Source of the DNA: the human T2T-CHM13v2.0 reference genome, Homo sapiens
Direction: 5' to 3' (one strand)
Assembly (NCBI RefSeq): GCF_009914755.1
Contig: NC_060928.1
Length of the DNA: 64,000 nucleotides
Shown: positions 41,021 through 56,729 of the stretch, in pieces
Layout of the letters: each line of letters opens with the position of its first letter
Position numbering within the stretch: position 1 is the stretch's first letter
Notes under the pieces: model-generated
What the model was told of the DNA's origin: nothing
Seen by the model: only the letters and a program-made list of their open reading frames with translations
Databases searched by the model: none
Translations under genes and position numbers: made by a program

Positions 41021-44000
41021 ACGGTCCCGGGCCGAGGAGGCGGACCCCGCACAGGACACACGGACGGAGCCGCCGGGCGGGACGAACAGACACGCAGCCC
41101 GGAGCCCAGAGCGGTCCGCAGGCGGCTGTGGTGGTCAGCGGCGCGTCGCTGCGCCTCCGCTCGTCCGGAAACGGCGCGCCAGCCTCCTTGGCTAAGGGGG
41201 AGGAGACAGCCCCGGCTTTTAAATAATTGCGGGATCAATCTGCGGCGGGGCCGCAGCGACCCCAGGGCGCGCGGGCCAGCGAGCGCCAAGAGTTGGCTGG
41301 GACATCCCGGCGCAGGATGCGGTGACTGGCCTGGCCTCTCCTCCGGGCCCCCAGCGCGCAGGGCCCTGAGCTCCGAAGGCTCCCACAGCTCTGGCGCCCC
41401 TCGGCAGTTGGGGTGGGGATGGGGGGAGAGGTTCTCACGCGCGATTCTCCGAGTCTCCGCCGGGTCTGCAGCCCCCTCCCGCGCGTTCCGTGGGTCTCGG
41501 TCCCGCCTCTCTCACTTGCTCCCGCTTGGGGTCTCCTTTTGCGTCTCCAGGGTCTCTCTTGCTCAGGGTCTGTGCCCCTCCATCCCTTCCCACGCCCGCC
41601 CCTTTCACGTCGTCAAATTAGGGCCCGACCTGGAGTGCCAGCAGAGGGGCGGAGCCGGCGGTCCCCGGGCCGCTCATTAGAAGTGGAATCGAAAATGAGA
41701 GACTGCTTGTCCCTCTTAACCCGCCCCCAAAAGGGGGACCGACAAATTGCACACACAGCAGGCGGCCTACATAAAATCGATCCTCTTCAAGTAAGGAGAA
41801 AATGTGTGTTTCTTCCAAAAAGAATACGACAAATGCCCCCTTCTCCACATCTGGATAAATAGGAAGCCCCGCGGCCTGAGTCTTTATTTGGGTACGTTTT
41901 ATCTACAGCGGCGGTGTTTGCAGGACAGGGCCCTGCGGCCCGCGGCCCTCGGCCCTCGAGGATTGGGCCTGGCGTCCGGAGTCCCAGTGCGGGATCGTGG
42001 TAGCTCCCCGGCGGGTCGCTCCTCTCCCTCCTCCTCCTGCCCACGCAGCGAGCAGCCAGACGCAGGTGGACCCTGGTGGGCGCCGGCAGTGCGAGCGCGC
42101 GCGCTTCTTCAGGGTGTGAGCGCGCGGGCGCGTGCACCGGCGGGTGTGCGCGCCGCCTTACACTGCGGTCCCCGGAGCCTGTTCCGCGCGCAGGGCGGTC
42201 CTTTGCAATTACCGCGGGCAATGATCCTTTGGAAGCAGAAATTAAAAGTTGGGAGAAATAATGGTGGACCGATCGGCTGTAATTTGGGCCAAGCTCGGAC
42301 ACGCTGAGCCCCAGGGAGCCTGGAACTGGTTGGGCGGGGCGGGGGGGGGGCGCAGGGCTTCCCGTCCCTCTTCCCCTCCCCTTCCCCTCCCCTTCCCCTC
42401 CCCCGCCCTCCCCGCTGCTGGTCCATCCCGAGATTCTAATCAGGTCCACAGCACCGTGTCCTTCCTTGCCAGGACTTGATTATTCTTTATCTTTAACTTA
42501 TAAATCACCTCTGGGGAAGGAGGGTGGGTAATCTCCCATCGCAGGGAGGCAATTATCTCCTTTGCCCACACCTTGGTCTTCACTCTCTCCCCCTCCCCCA
42601 GCTAAATTTGGATATAGAGGTGCACACGCCACTCACACACACACTCGTTCACAAGTGCGTAGCACACACAAGCACCCAGCATCCGTTCACGAGCATCCGT
42701 TCACGAGCACCCAGGCACACAAGCCCTGCAGAGCCCTCACAAACGCGCTGGCATCCCTGCATCTCCCTCTTCCCCGCCAGCGCCAGCGCCAGCTCCGCGC
42801 TGGTGTTGGTTCCTCTTTCACTGTTTCCCGAGGAGGGGCACACCAGACACTTTCCAGATTGCTGCGCCCCCTCCCCAGGAGACCGCTGGGTGGCGGGCGA
42901 GGCCTGGGTCGGGGAGGGCCGGGCAGGTCTCAAGGGCATACCCCTGACCTGGCTGCCGGTCTCCCTGCAAGCACAACCCACTCAAAGCTTCCGTCCCTGC
43001 CACGGCCTGACCTCAGCCAAACATCTCCCACTAGTAGCCACACACCCACCCTGCCGGGTCCCAGATAGTTGGAACACCTGCGCGTGAGGAAGGGATGGGT
43101 AATGGGCACACAGCCCTCTTAGTACAACTTTCAAAACGAACACAATCACATGGAAAAGATGTTTTATACAACATAGATGAAGTATGTATGATGGTTGTCG
43201 CTAAAACATAGTAAATATAACACATTAAATACGATAGGGAATAGCATAACGGAATTGCGTTATAATATACAATTATGACTCGTTTCCCAGCAAACACGTG
43301 CACATCGAGCACTGCAGAATGTTCTCCCTGATGGGGGCGGGGGCTGGCCAGGGTTGAGTGCCACTTTGACGAAAGCACGTGGCTATCTGAAGTTTGTGGG
43401 CCCCAAGGTTCTCCTCGAGCCTTCCCTCCCCTCCCCTCTCTGCCCCACACCATCCTCGTGTGAGCCGCAGCGGGCAGGGTAATGAACTTCGAAGTTCTCA
43501 GTCAGGTTCAGAGGAGCAGGGGCCGGGTGGTGGAGCCTGAGGGGACCCCCGGAGCTACACAGGGCACCTCCCGTCGCCTCCCCTGGGAAAGGCTTGGAGA
43601 CGGCATCGCTGCATGCTCCCCTGCCCCACCCCTCCCCCATCTCTGAGGAACAAGGTAAGCCACAGAGATGCAGGGCACCCCTCCTCCTCTCTCAGATCCC
43701 CAGAAACATACCTCCCCTCCCCGATCTCAACCTAGCATGTCTGGGGCTATAAAGACGTCCTTTCACTCCTAATCACAATTGATTGTCAATTAGACCCCCA
43801 TTTGTGCAATCTCTGCCCATCTGCCATCTCGGGTTATCTCCAAGACACCAGCTTCACTTGCAGGGCCCCAGGTGGGCACTGACAGGTGAAATCAGTGCCG
43901 GGGGTGGGCTGCCCCTGCCTGCCCAGTGCACAGGAAACATTCCCTCCATTGCAGAGCTCTCCCCTGCTGCAGGTCCAGGTGGGGTCACGATGGGCTTGGG

Positions 44001-46185
44001 TGTGGGCGTTGGCAGGAACACGCCTGGGACAGGAGCAGAAGTATGGGTGGTGGTAAAGGGTCTTAGAAGGGAGCATGAGGAAAGGAGTGGGTGGGAGCTG
44101 AGACTTCGAGGATTTTCTCCCCAGCATTAGAGGTTTTTAAAGTTTGAGGGACAAGAGGAAGAGGGGGAGCCAGCCACCACTGCCACGAACTCAGCATGGG
44201 TTTATGAACCACCCCCCGCCGCATTTTTTTCATCTGTCAATTGTAGGGGTTGAGTCCCATGCGAGCTTCCAGGTCCTGATACCCTCCCCTCATGGGGTGA
44301 ATGATGACGACAAGGTCACAGCCTTTTACTTGGTGCATGGAGGGAAGTCCCTTCTCTCTTTGCCTGGAAAGCTTTAGCTGGATAGGCTGGAAAGGCAGCA
44401 GGGTCCCAGGGGCTCTAGGGTTGGGCAGAGGCATAATCACCTCCACTTTGTATAGTGTTTGCCTCGTGCGAAGTGCACTCCACCCCACACTTGGCCCCAC
44501 AGCCTCGCTGTGCACCTCCTTGCATCGGCCGGACGGGGGCGGGGGGTGCGGGCGGAGGACGGGGAAGGAGGCTCCTGTGTCCCCTCTTCTCGCCCCTGCA
44601 CACACTCGCGCCACGGCGACCCATGTTGATCACCGGAGTTTGGGAAGTCAGAGGGGAGCCCTCTGCTTTCAGGCCTGGGTTCCTTCTCTAAGATATGCCC
44701 ACTTAGGGGCCTGTGACTCCTCCAGAATGAGTGTACCACACTCGGGACACCAGAAGCGAGAGGGGACACAGGCTCTGACCTCGAGAGCACGTCAGCTCTG
44801 GAGACCCGCGGCCCCAGCCTCGTGTGCCTCCGCACAGGGCAGCTTCAGCACTGCGAACAGCGCCAGCACCGCGGACAGCGCGCTCCCACCTCGCCCCCGG
44901 AGGCCACGGGCTCGGGCCGTGTTCAGCACCGCGGACAGCGCCAGCAACTCCGAGGGTCTCCTGGCCTCCAGCCCGCCGTCTCTGACCTCCCTGCCCCGCC
45001 CTCGACTCCTTCTCAAACTTTGGGATGCCCCAGGGGAGGAAGAGGGCGGCAGGCTGTGTGTGGAGTCTTGGCACGGCGTACATTACACAGCCCGATCAAA
45101 AGCCAGCCCGTTCACCTCGACCAAGCCAGCATCCACCAAAGGGCCAGAAGTTTACCAGGCCGCTCACCGCGTGGGCTTCCATTCTCCTACCTGCAAGCTG
45201 CGCGAGTTAAGGAGGGAAAGCACGTGGCACAGGGCCTGGCTTCTGGCGAGGAGCCCACCAGAGATGCAAAGGTGAGGCTGAAACCCTTTAAACTTAAAAA
45301 CAAGAAGATACAAACAATTGGAACAACTGGGGACATGGGTGCTATGTGGAGGGCAGGACGCCTGGCTTCCCATCAGGGCTGCAGAGGCGGCCGCGGCTGG
45401 CTCCCTCTCCCGGGTGCTGCTGGTTGAACTTGGAGAGCACCCTGGCTCCTGAGGGTTTACCGACCACAGGGTCAGGCCGGGGCAGGGATTACCACCTTAC
45501 AGATGCATAGCCTGAGGCCAGTGAGGACCCACGCTGTGCTCAGTGCCCCTGGCCGGTAAGTGGTAGGATTTTTATGTGAACGCTGGGTTCCTTTCACACA
45601 GCGTTTTTCATGTGCAAAGTCATAGGTAATTGTGTGACTGGTCTCTGAGAGAAAGCATCCAAGCCCAGAGGGGTCCTTACTCCTCAGGCTCTGTCCCTCC
45701 AGACTCTCTCTTATTGCCCCTGCCCTCTCTGGCCTCTGCCTGCCACTGGCTACACTGCATGGGGCAGCAGCATGCCCAGGTTGGAGCCTGCCTGGGATGG
45801 CCACATTCCCTCCCTTGTCCCCAAGCTCCTGCTGGTACTCAGGGCTTGAAGCATAGGCATTCTCCTGTCTGTGGCTGCCACAGTCGTCTAGGGGTCTGTG
45901 TGGGAATCACCAGAGTCATGTTGCCTGGAGACACATGGTCAGGAGACCCCTCCTGAGTGGGGGTCTGGGGGTGCCTTGGCCGCCTGGCCTCTGCCTGCCA
46001 CTGCCCCAGACTGGCTGCCTCCTGTCTGCTTTCCATCATTCTAAAATGTAAATTGAATAGTACTCCTCCCCTTCCAGAAGTGCCAGGGACCATGTCTAGG
46101 CTCTGCAGCCTGGTATCAGGGGCCATTCCTGGCTGGATCCTTCCAGCTATCCTGTATGCTCCCTAGGCCTGTACCCGGTACTCCA

Positions 46186-46402
46186 AGCCCCTCCCTGTGC
46201 CTGGATGGCCGAGCTGTCCTCTCTGCTGGTGGTTACTCCGAGCCCCTCCCTGTGCCTGGATGGCCGAGCCGCCATGTCCTCTCTGCTGGTGGTTACTCCG
46301 AGCCCCTCCCTGTGCCTGGATGGCTGAGCTGCCATGTCCTCTCTGCTGGTGGTTACTCCGAGCCCCTCCCTGTGCCTGGATGGCCGAGCTGCCATGTCCT
46401 CT
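46186..46402. repeat. 60-bp minisatellite, ~3.5 copies
   Basis: agcccctccctgtgcctggatggccgagctgccatgtcctctctgctggtggttactccg. Confidence 0.92.
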
Positions 46403-47899
46403 CGGTGCCCTTAGCCACTCACTAGTGCACATGCATCATCCCTGCTCCCCTTCGTGGCAGCACCACCTGGAGGCCACCCTGATTTCCTCAAGTAAGGCAG
46501 GTGCCATCCTGTGCACCCCTCCAACCCAAGCTTTCACAGTTCTGCCTTAACACGTCACGTGACCTTTATCTGTTCACTGGCGGATCCCCCCCCCGCCCCC
46601 GTGCCCCCGAGACTGTAGAGGCAGGATGCAAAAGGCAAAAGCATTCTGGGACAGGGAAGAGTGAAGGGCCCAATGCTGGCAGGTGGGGCAGTGTTTCAGC
46701 CTGTGCACCCCACCTCCACCCTTTTAGTTGTCTGACATCCTGGTCCATCTGTCTAGCCCCTGGGCAGGGAAACGGCTCTGGCCACCTTGACTCTGTCCTC
46801 CACGAACAGTGTGGTCTGGCACTGATCCATTTTCTCCGTGTGGGCTGGTGGACCCCTGCTCTGGGCTGCTGTGTCATGGCTTAACTTGGAGGAACTTCCC
46901 TGGGCCCCCAGAGACACCTGGGAGCACACTACCCCCTCCTCCATGGCTGAGCGGCTGGTGGGATTTACACCCCCGAGCTGCCCTCGGATCAGGCCACGGG
47001 GGACTTTACAGAGAGGTATTTTTGTCCAGTTCTGGCTCTGTCTTTCCTGGACTCCCTCTTGATATCCCTGCCTTTGGTAAGTCCCGGGCATCTGAACACA
47101 TCTGAATCCCTGCCTCTGGCTCGGCTTTGTCTTCCCCAGAGGCGGTGCAGGAAGAGGATGGAAACAGAGACCTGGGGAGTCCCCTGCACAGGGGGAGTGG
47201 TCATCCCTGCCATGCTGTGGAGCTTGGCTCCAGCTCAAATCAGGAGCCAGGATGTGTGGTGTGCATTCACAGTAGGGCCCGTCTTCCCTCATTGCAGCCC
47301 CATCCAACTGGGGAAGCGTTAATTGAATCAGCAGTGTGACCCATGGGAGAATTTACCCACAATTCTCCTCCCTTTACCCTCTCCGCAATCCATGGCCTTC
47401 CTCTGGGGAACAAACACTTCCAGCCACGCTGAAGCTGGTCTTGGCCCATGACCCGCAGTGGGCAGAGTGGTGAGGTGTGGGTTCTGAGCTCAGGCCATAA
47501 GGGCCCCCTGCCGGTTGGAGACCCCCCTCCATGAGAACGTGCTGCAGGGAGCAATTACTCCCTCAGCCTGGGACTTGGAATGAAGGCGTGGAGCCAACTG
47601 GATCCAATGCGAAGCCTTCATCCTGATGAGCCCACCAAGGGCAGACACACTGAGCCGACCACAGCCCAGAGCAGGAGACGGTGCCGCTTCGACCCTGTCT
47701 TCGGGGTTGTTACCCAGAGGCATTGTAGCAGAGACCACCCGCCTGGAAGAAGTGGTGTCCCTGGCCACTGCAGGCCGCTGAGTCTTGGGGTTGAGAAGAC
47801 GTGACTTCAGCACCACCACCGTGCGTCTGCCTGGAGCCCACCCTCTTACCTGGCTCCCATCTCACCTGGCTCCTCTGCCTCAGTTTCTCCCTCTGTGAC

Positions 47900-49700
47900 A
47901 GGGTTCCATGCGTTCACCTCTATCCTCCCCACCGTTACCCCAGACGCGGGTGCCAGCATTTCTTCCAGCACGCCGTGCCCCACGAGGAGCCCACTCCCCC
48001 GTTATCACTCACGGGGCTCCTCGTGGCTCCTCCGACAGGGTGGGCACTGTGGCGGTCGTAAGGGGCAGGGATGAGCGCGCTCAGGGAGACCCCGCGGTTA
48101 CCGCAGCCTTTCAGGGAGGAGGGAGGCGGCGGATGCGGTCTGGGAGGGCTCCAGGCGTGAGAAGGCGGCCCTTGCCTGGCGCAGGGGAGCAGGGAGCTTC
48201 CAGGGTGGGTGCGGGGAGGAAGGAGGAGTAAGGGGTTAGAGGCCAGGTACACAGCAGGTGCTCAATAAACGAGTTCGGCACCGTCATCCCGCCCTGCAGG
48301 GCCGCTCTGGGTTCGGAGGGCGCGTAGGGAGGGCGGGTCAGGCCGCACAATGAGCTTAATTGAGGTTAATGCCTCCCGCAGCTCCGCGATTATTAAATTA
48401 TCATCATCACGCGCGTGAATCATAATTAGGAGTTTGAGGAACGCTCCTGCGGAAGCCTTGGAGAGTGATTCTGGCGCCACCGCCTGCTTGGGGCCGCCCG
48501 CAGGGAGGGAGTCGGGGTGGGCGCGTGTCCGCGGGAGGGAGTCGGGGTGGGCGCGTGTCCGCGGGAGGGAGTCGGGGTGGGCACGTGTCCGCGGGAGGGA
48601 GTCGGGGTGGGCGCGTGTCCGCGGGAGGGAGTCGGGGTGGGCGCGTGTCCGCGGGAGGGAGTCGGGGTGAGCGCGTGTCCGCGGGAGGGGTTAAGGGTGG
48701 GCGCGTGTCCGCGGGAGGGGGTAAGGGTGGGCGCCTGTCTGCAGGAGGTGGGTGGAGATGGGCGCGTGTCCGCGGGAGGTGGGTGGGGGTGGGCGCGTGT
48801 CCGCGGGAGGGGTTAAGGGTGGGCGCGTGTCCGCGGGAGGGGGTAAGGGTGGGCGCCTGTCTGCAGGAGGTGGGTGGAGATGGGCGCGTGTCCGCGGGAG
48901 GTGGGTGGGGGTGGGCGCGTGTCCGCGGGAGGGGTTAAGGGTGGGCGCGTGTCCGCGGGAGGTGGGTGGGGGTGGGCGCGTGTCCGCGGGAGGTGGGTGG
49001 GGGTGGGCGCGTGAGCACGGGCTATTGCGCGCTCACGTGGCGCGCCCCCGGCTGAGCCCAAGGCCGGGGTCTCAGAAGGCCCCGCCCACCCCGCAGCGAC
49101 CCCCCCCCCACGCCCCTCGCACCGCCGAGCCCCTCCCCCAGGGGCCGTTCCCTTCCGGGCCTGCACCGCCCCCGCAGCTGCCCTCCCCCCAGAGCAGCGC
49201 CCGCCCCCCTCCTCTCGGCGGTTGGGAGCCGGCCCCGCCCTCGCCCGCTCCCCGCGCCGCCCCTACATTTTCTGATTCTCTGCGACCTTCGCGGATCCCC
49301 CCGTCCCCTGCAAAGCCTCGGCCCCTCCCGGCACCCGCAGGACCCCGTGAGTGGCGCGTGGGTGTCCGTCCCGCGCGTCCGACCTGTGATCTCCGAGTGG
49401 GTGCGTGCGCCTGAGACCGCGCGGTGTGTCCGAGTGTCCGCATCCACGTGTCCCTACGATCGTGTGCATTGCGGGGCATCCACGCGTGTCCGTGTCCGTG
49501 TGTGACCGCACGGTGCATGCCAACCACGGCCTGTGTGAGCGTCCGGGCGTCCGTGGGTTTGTGCGCGTGGATGCGTGTGTTTCTGCTCCTGGCTTGAGCG
49601 TGTCCGGGGCCTCTGTCGTGGGCCTGTGGCGGGGCCCCTGGAGTGGGCCCCCTGGTCTCCGGCCGGGCTGCAGTGCCATGTGCGGTGTCTGTGTGCGACT
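47900..49700. promoter_or_regulatory. Distal CpG island upstream of NKX1-1
   Basis: CG-dense block that includes a G-rich VNTR and C-rich GC-box flank. Boundaries approximate. Confidence 0.7.
48497..49012. repeat. G-rich 30-33-bp VNTR
   Basis: gcgcgtgtccgcgggagggagtcggggtgg and variants (ggggttaagggtgg, gtgggtgggggtgg). Confidence 0.92.
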
Positions 49701-51537
49701 CAGTCCCTCGGCCCTGTCCTTTGGCCCCTCCCCCTCACAGCCTCGTGGGCTTGGCCAAAAGGAGCCCCCCAGAAAAGACGAGGGATGTAGAGTCCAGCGT
49801 CCCCAAGGCAAGAGACAAGTCAGTCACCCCCTCCTCTTGAACGGATCCTCCTATCCCACTTCCAGCACTTCAATTCTCCATTTATTTTCCTCTCTGTTGC
49901 CGAAACATATTGAAGGGGAGAAAAAGGAAACATTAAGATCCACTGTGAGCTGCGCGGAGGTTTAACGATTTCAAATGAGGCCCGGCTCGGGTGAGGACCT
50001 GACAATTCCCCGTCAGGATGGCAGATGACGGCTAAAATTACCCGGAATCAATATTCTCACCGGGTGTCCCGGGCTGATAAGCTCCGCCAAGACAATGTTG
50101 ACTATTAAAGTCGACAGCTTGAGATATTACACTATTAGTTATGCTATTTTTAATAATCTATAATATTTGGGCTATAATTAATTAATTATACGGGTCAGAT
50201 AATATCTAGGGCTGGAATGAGGTCTGAAGGACCCATTACGGTGGTAATGAGAAAGGGGAAATCTAATCTGGGGACAGGTGCTGCGAAGGCCTGGGATACT
50301 GCTGCCCGCCTCGCTGGCCTCGTCCCCACCAGCAGGCCCAGCATGGCCCAGCTTCCTCGGACGCAGCCAGTGGGCACGTCAGGCAGGGTTGCTTGAGGTG
50401 GGGCCCTCAGCGGGCCAGGAGGACTGAGAGGCTGGGGTGGAGGGTGGGACTGAGAGGCTGGGGCGGAGGGCGGAACTGAGAGACTGGGGTGGAGGGCCCG
50501 CCCGCCTGTGTTGCTGGCCTGCAGCTGCAGACTTGGCCGGGGGGCGGGGGGGCAGGTGCCCACGTTCTTGGCTCTCTTTTGGGGCCTGGAGGGCCCCTGT
50601 CCCCCTCCGGCTTTCCTGTCTTTCTCTGAAGTGAGGGCCTGGCTGGACCATTCCCTGCATGTGTGGAGTCCAGTCCTCACCTCGAGCTCCTCCACCACCA
50701 CCCCACACTCAGAGACTGAAACCCATGCCGGTAGCCAGAGTCCACGGGGCCGGCCGGGACTGCCCTGCCCACCCTTCCTCTCCTTTTCCTGGCTCCCACG
50801 ACCCCACCGCACGGCCTCCCTGCTGCCTGAGGGGTGAGCGGGCCAGCTGCCTTCGCACTGGCTGTCCCCTTGTTCTGAAGTCACCTCCTCTTCATCTTCT
50901 CTTTGACATGAATTTCTCTGCTCTGACATTAGCTCTTCAGAGAGGCTGGATCCTGGCTGCCCTGGTCAACCCCCTATGCCCGCCAAGACTGCCCCCCAGT
51001 GCAGGATGTATTGACTTGCTGGTGGAATGGAGGACCCACGCTGGCTCCGCAGTCCCGGGTCGTGTGCCTTTCAGGAGTGCTGCTGTCCCATGCCCAAAAT
51101 CAGGACACACATGGTGGTCTGGGGTGAAATCTGAAGACATCACACATCACAGACACTGCAGCTTGGCGGCTGCTTTCCCCCTCGTCCTCAGTGCTGCAGG
51201 CAGCCTGGTGCCTGCAAGTGGCTCTGGTGAATGCAGCCCTTCCCTTGCTGGGCTTCCTAGTGGGGGCCTGGAGGTGCGGCCCAGTGAGTCTGCCCTGCCC
51301 AGTAGCTGTGGGCCTCAGACGCGCCTGTCTTCTGGCAGCCTGAGGTTCTTTGGAACCTCCTGGCGGGGATCCAGGGGGCTTCAGCGGGGCTGGCTCGCTG
51401 TTTGAAACTCCACACCACCCCTTCCCTGTCAGGCCAGGCCGATCCCCTGCCCAGATGGCCCAGGTCCTCCTCACTGTCTCTGGGCATGGTGGCCGGGCAG
51501 TGGGCACCCTGTCTGTAGGGAATTTAAAACAATAGTG

Positions 51538-51839
51538 AGGCCAGGCACTGTGGCTCATGACTGTAATCCCAGCACTTTAGGAGACTGAGGTGGGCAGATC
51601 ACCTGAGGTCGGGAGTTCGAAACCAGCCTGACCAACATGGAGAAACCCCAACTCTACTAAAATTACAAAATTATCGAGGCATGGTGGTGGTTGCCTGTAA
51701 TCTCAGCTACTTGGGAGGCTGAGACAGGATAATCACTTGAACCCGGGAGGCGGAGGTTGCGGTGAGCCAAGATCACACCACTGCACTCCACTCCAGCCTG
51801 GGCAAGAGCAAAACTCCATATAAAAAAAAAAAAAAAAAA
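51538..51839 (+). mobile_element. Alu (AluS-like)
   Basis: ggccaggcactgtggctcatgactgtaatcccagc...; long A-tail. Confidence 0.95.
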
Positions 51840-52793
51840 GTGAAAGCAACAAACGGGCTGCCTGCTTCCTCCCACCACAAGAGACGTGCTTCTGAACAAT
51901 GTCCGTGACCAACACTCCTGCCCAGGAATGTGTTTTGACGGTCAAAGCTTGCAGTGGCGGCTGTGGGTACTGCCGGGTGTGTGCATGTGGACAGGTAGCA
52001 TATGAGCATGTAAATGTCCTTTGCTAAGTGTGTGCCCTACACGGAAGCGAGTCTATAGAATCCCGGTTCACAGTTGCTTGTGGCCTGCCGATGCGGCCAC
52101 ACGCGTCCATTTTGAGAGGAGGCCTGTGGTTTGGGAGCGCGGTTCAATTTCAAGCTCAGCTCCTGTCCCCACCCCACCCCAGGTCCCACTCGTTCCTTTG
52201 TGTAAACAGTAGGTTCAAAATAAACAGATGGCACAGTGGCCGCAGAGACCAAGCTGCAGAACTTGGTGCCTCCCACCCTGTTCTTCCAGGCGCAGGCTGC
52301 CCGCACGCCTCGCGGCACTTACTCCCTCGGACATGTTTCTTCAAGCGCCTTTTTCTGCTAAAAATACATCCATGCCGAGAGCAGTTTGGCGTCCTGGACT
52401 GGACCCTGGATGACAGAAGGGACATTCGTGGGGGAAAAAGTCGGTGAAATCCCAGAGGGTGTGTAGTTTGCTTCATAGTGTGTGGCGATGCCGCTCTCCT
52501 AGTTTTGACAAATGTCCGGGGGTGACTTAAGAGGTGAATGTGGGCTGCCGTGGGGTGTAGGTGGGTGCTCTCTCATGCTCCTCGCAGCTTTGCTGTTAAT
52601 CTAAAATGATTCCAAAAAGGAAATATTTATGACATTCATGTCATTAAAAAGCATCAACCCATTCCCTTTTTCCGATTTTGCATTATAATACGTAGTTAAT
52701 TTTTTTACTAATAATATATAAATTCAATAAAACTTTCACCATTGGCATGCACTTTCTGTTGCTTGTTTCATTACATGGCAATTTCTGCCATAA

Positions 52794-53231
<438 letters not shown>

Positions 53232-53662
53232 TGAGGAGGCTGTGGGGTGAGGCTCCATGTCTCCTCCTCCACCTCCCCAACACGGCAGATGTGGGAGGCA
53301 GCTTAGGGCTGGGGATGAATAAGGGAATGTGAACACAGACACCACCCAGGACCACACCCCGTGATCCCAGCGAGGGGGGCTGGTCGTGACGGTATCTCTT
53401 TCCAGCTGTGACGAGGATGCCACCTGGGCTTCCTGCTGACCTGGCCGAACCCTGCCAGGTGTCTGTGAGGACATCCTGCCCTCACAGTGATTGTAGACAA
53501 CCGTTGCCTTTTCTAGTGATCAAAGTAACACGTGCTCGTGAAAAAGCACAGAGGAGAAGCAGCATCTCCCATAACCCACAGCACAGCGACGGCCCAGCTC
53601 ACACCTTGCCGTTTTCTGCTTTCCTCTCATCTCGTTTTCTGCTTCCTAAAAACATAAATGTT

Positions 53663-54047
<385 letters not shown>

Positions 54048-54483
54048 TCATAGCAGACTTCGTAACACAGGTTCTTACCGGTCCCATAGAACCCTGTCAC
54101 ACGGAGGGCGTGAGCCGTCCATCCGTGTGCCTAGGCAGTCTGGCTTTCTGTGCCTGGAACCACTGCTGTGTAGATTCTTGTTTAGACTTGAGTTCACCTC
54201 TAGGAGACACCAGAAGTGATGGGTTGGGTTAAAGGGAGGGAATTCCTAAAGGCTGGGTAACGTCTCCGGCGTCACTGGCATGGGCACCATCTCACAGGGT
54301 GGCATCCCCGCCTCCTTCTGTGGCGGTTGCCATTTCTGTGGACACTGGTGAGAAGGAACATTTTCCCTCATGAATATTAGCCACGTAGCTTCTTTTTTTT
54401 TGTGAACTTTGTCTTCTTTGTGAGCTCTGTCTTTTTTCCATTTGGTCAGCTATTGAGGTTGTTTTGTGGGTGGCAATAGGTTA

Positions 54484-54840
<357 letters not shown>

Positions 54841-55587
54841 TCAGCTTCCTGGGACCTGTCACTCAGATGCAACATCTGTCAACATTTTGGTGTCAATATG
54901 GTTTTGTGTATCCAAAGCCACACCTTTATTCTGGAATCTTAAAATATACCTTCAGACATTAAGTTGCTTCACCTGTAAATATTTCAGGCAAGAAAAAGAA
55001 ATAAAATGTAAACATATTGAAACAGAAAAAATAAAACTAGCCCTGCATACAGACGACATGATTATCTACGTAGAAAATCCCAAGGAAAAAGCACCCAGAA
55101 TTCATAAGTCAGCAAGGTCAGAGAAAAAGCCTGAAAAAGGTCAATCTAATTTCTATATACCCACGATCAGTGATTAAATCCTAAAAATTCAAAAACATTT
55201 TATAATAGCTCCAGGTTAAGGAAGTTCCTTCCTATTCTTAATTTTCTGAGAAATTTGTAAAATCATTAACAGATGTTGCATTTTATCACATTTTTTTTCC
55301 GTATCCATAGGCTCATATGGCTTCTCTCGTTGCGTCTGTTGACATGGTGGATTGTGATGGCTGGCGTTCTCTGTTGAACAGCCTTGTGTTCTCAGGGTAA
55401 ACCCCACTTGGCCATCATGTGCTCATGCTTTCCATGTTTCTGGATTTGATCGCTAGTGTTTTGTTGAAGATTTCCACATCTATGTGCCTGAGAGGTTTTG
55501 TCCTGTAGTTTCTTTTCTTGTGATGACTTTGGTGTTGGTATTAGGGGAATTCTGGCCCTGCGAAATGAGTTGAAAGTGTCACTTCCA

Positions 55588-55950
<363 letters not shown>

Positions 55951-56342
55951 TTATTTTTATGTTTAAATATTTCGTAAGATTCACCAGTGAATTTATCTGG
56001 ACCTGGAGTTTTCTTTTTTGGGAGGTTATTAACTATGGATTCAACTGCTTTAGTGGAGATAGGGCTGTTCAGGTTATTAGTTCTTCTTGAGTGAGTCTTG
56101 GTAGTTTGTGGATTTCCAATTGGTCCAGTCATCTGAGGTGCTGAATCTGTGCATGGAATGCTCCTTTGTTATCCTTACAATGCTTGTGGGCTCTGCAGTG
56201 ACAGCCCCTCTGTTATGCCTGTAATGGGTCACTTGTATCTTCTCTTTCTTTATCAGTTTTACCTATTTTTATTGACTTTTCCAAAGAACCAGCTTCTGAT
56301 TCCATTGATTTTATCTAATATTTTTGTTTCTATTTTTCTTAA

Positions 56343-56729
<387 letters not shown>

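Noticed and set aside
44301-45275. 324-aa ORF containing a short internal duplication (FSTANSAST/FSTADSAS)
   Set aside because: No domain or exon structure; explained by GC content and a small local duplication at ~44843-44950.
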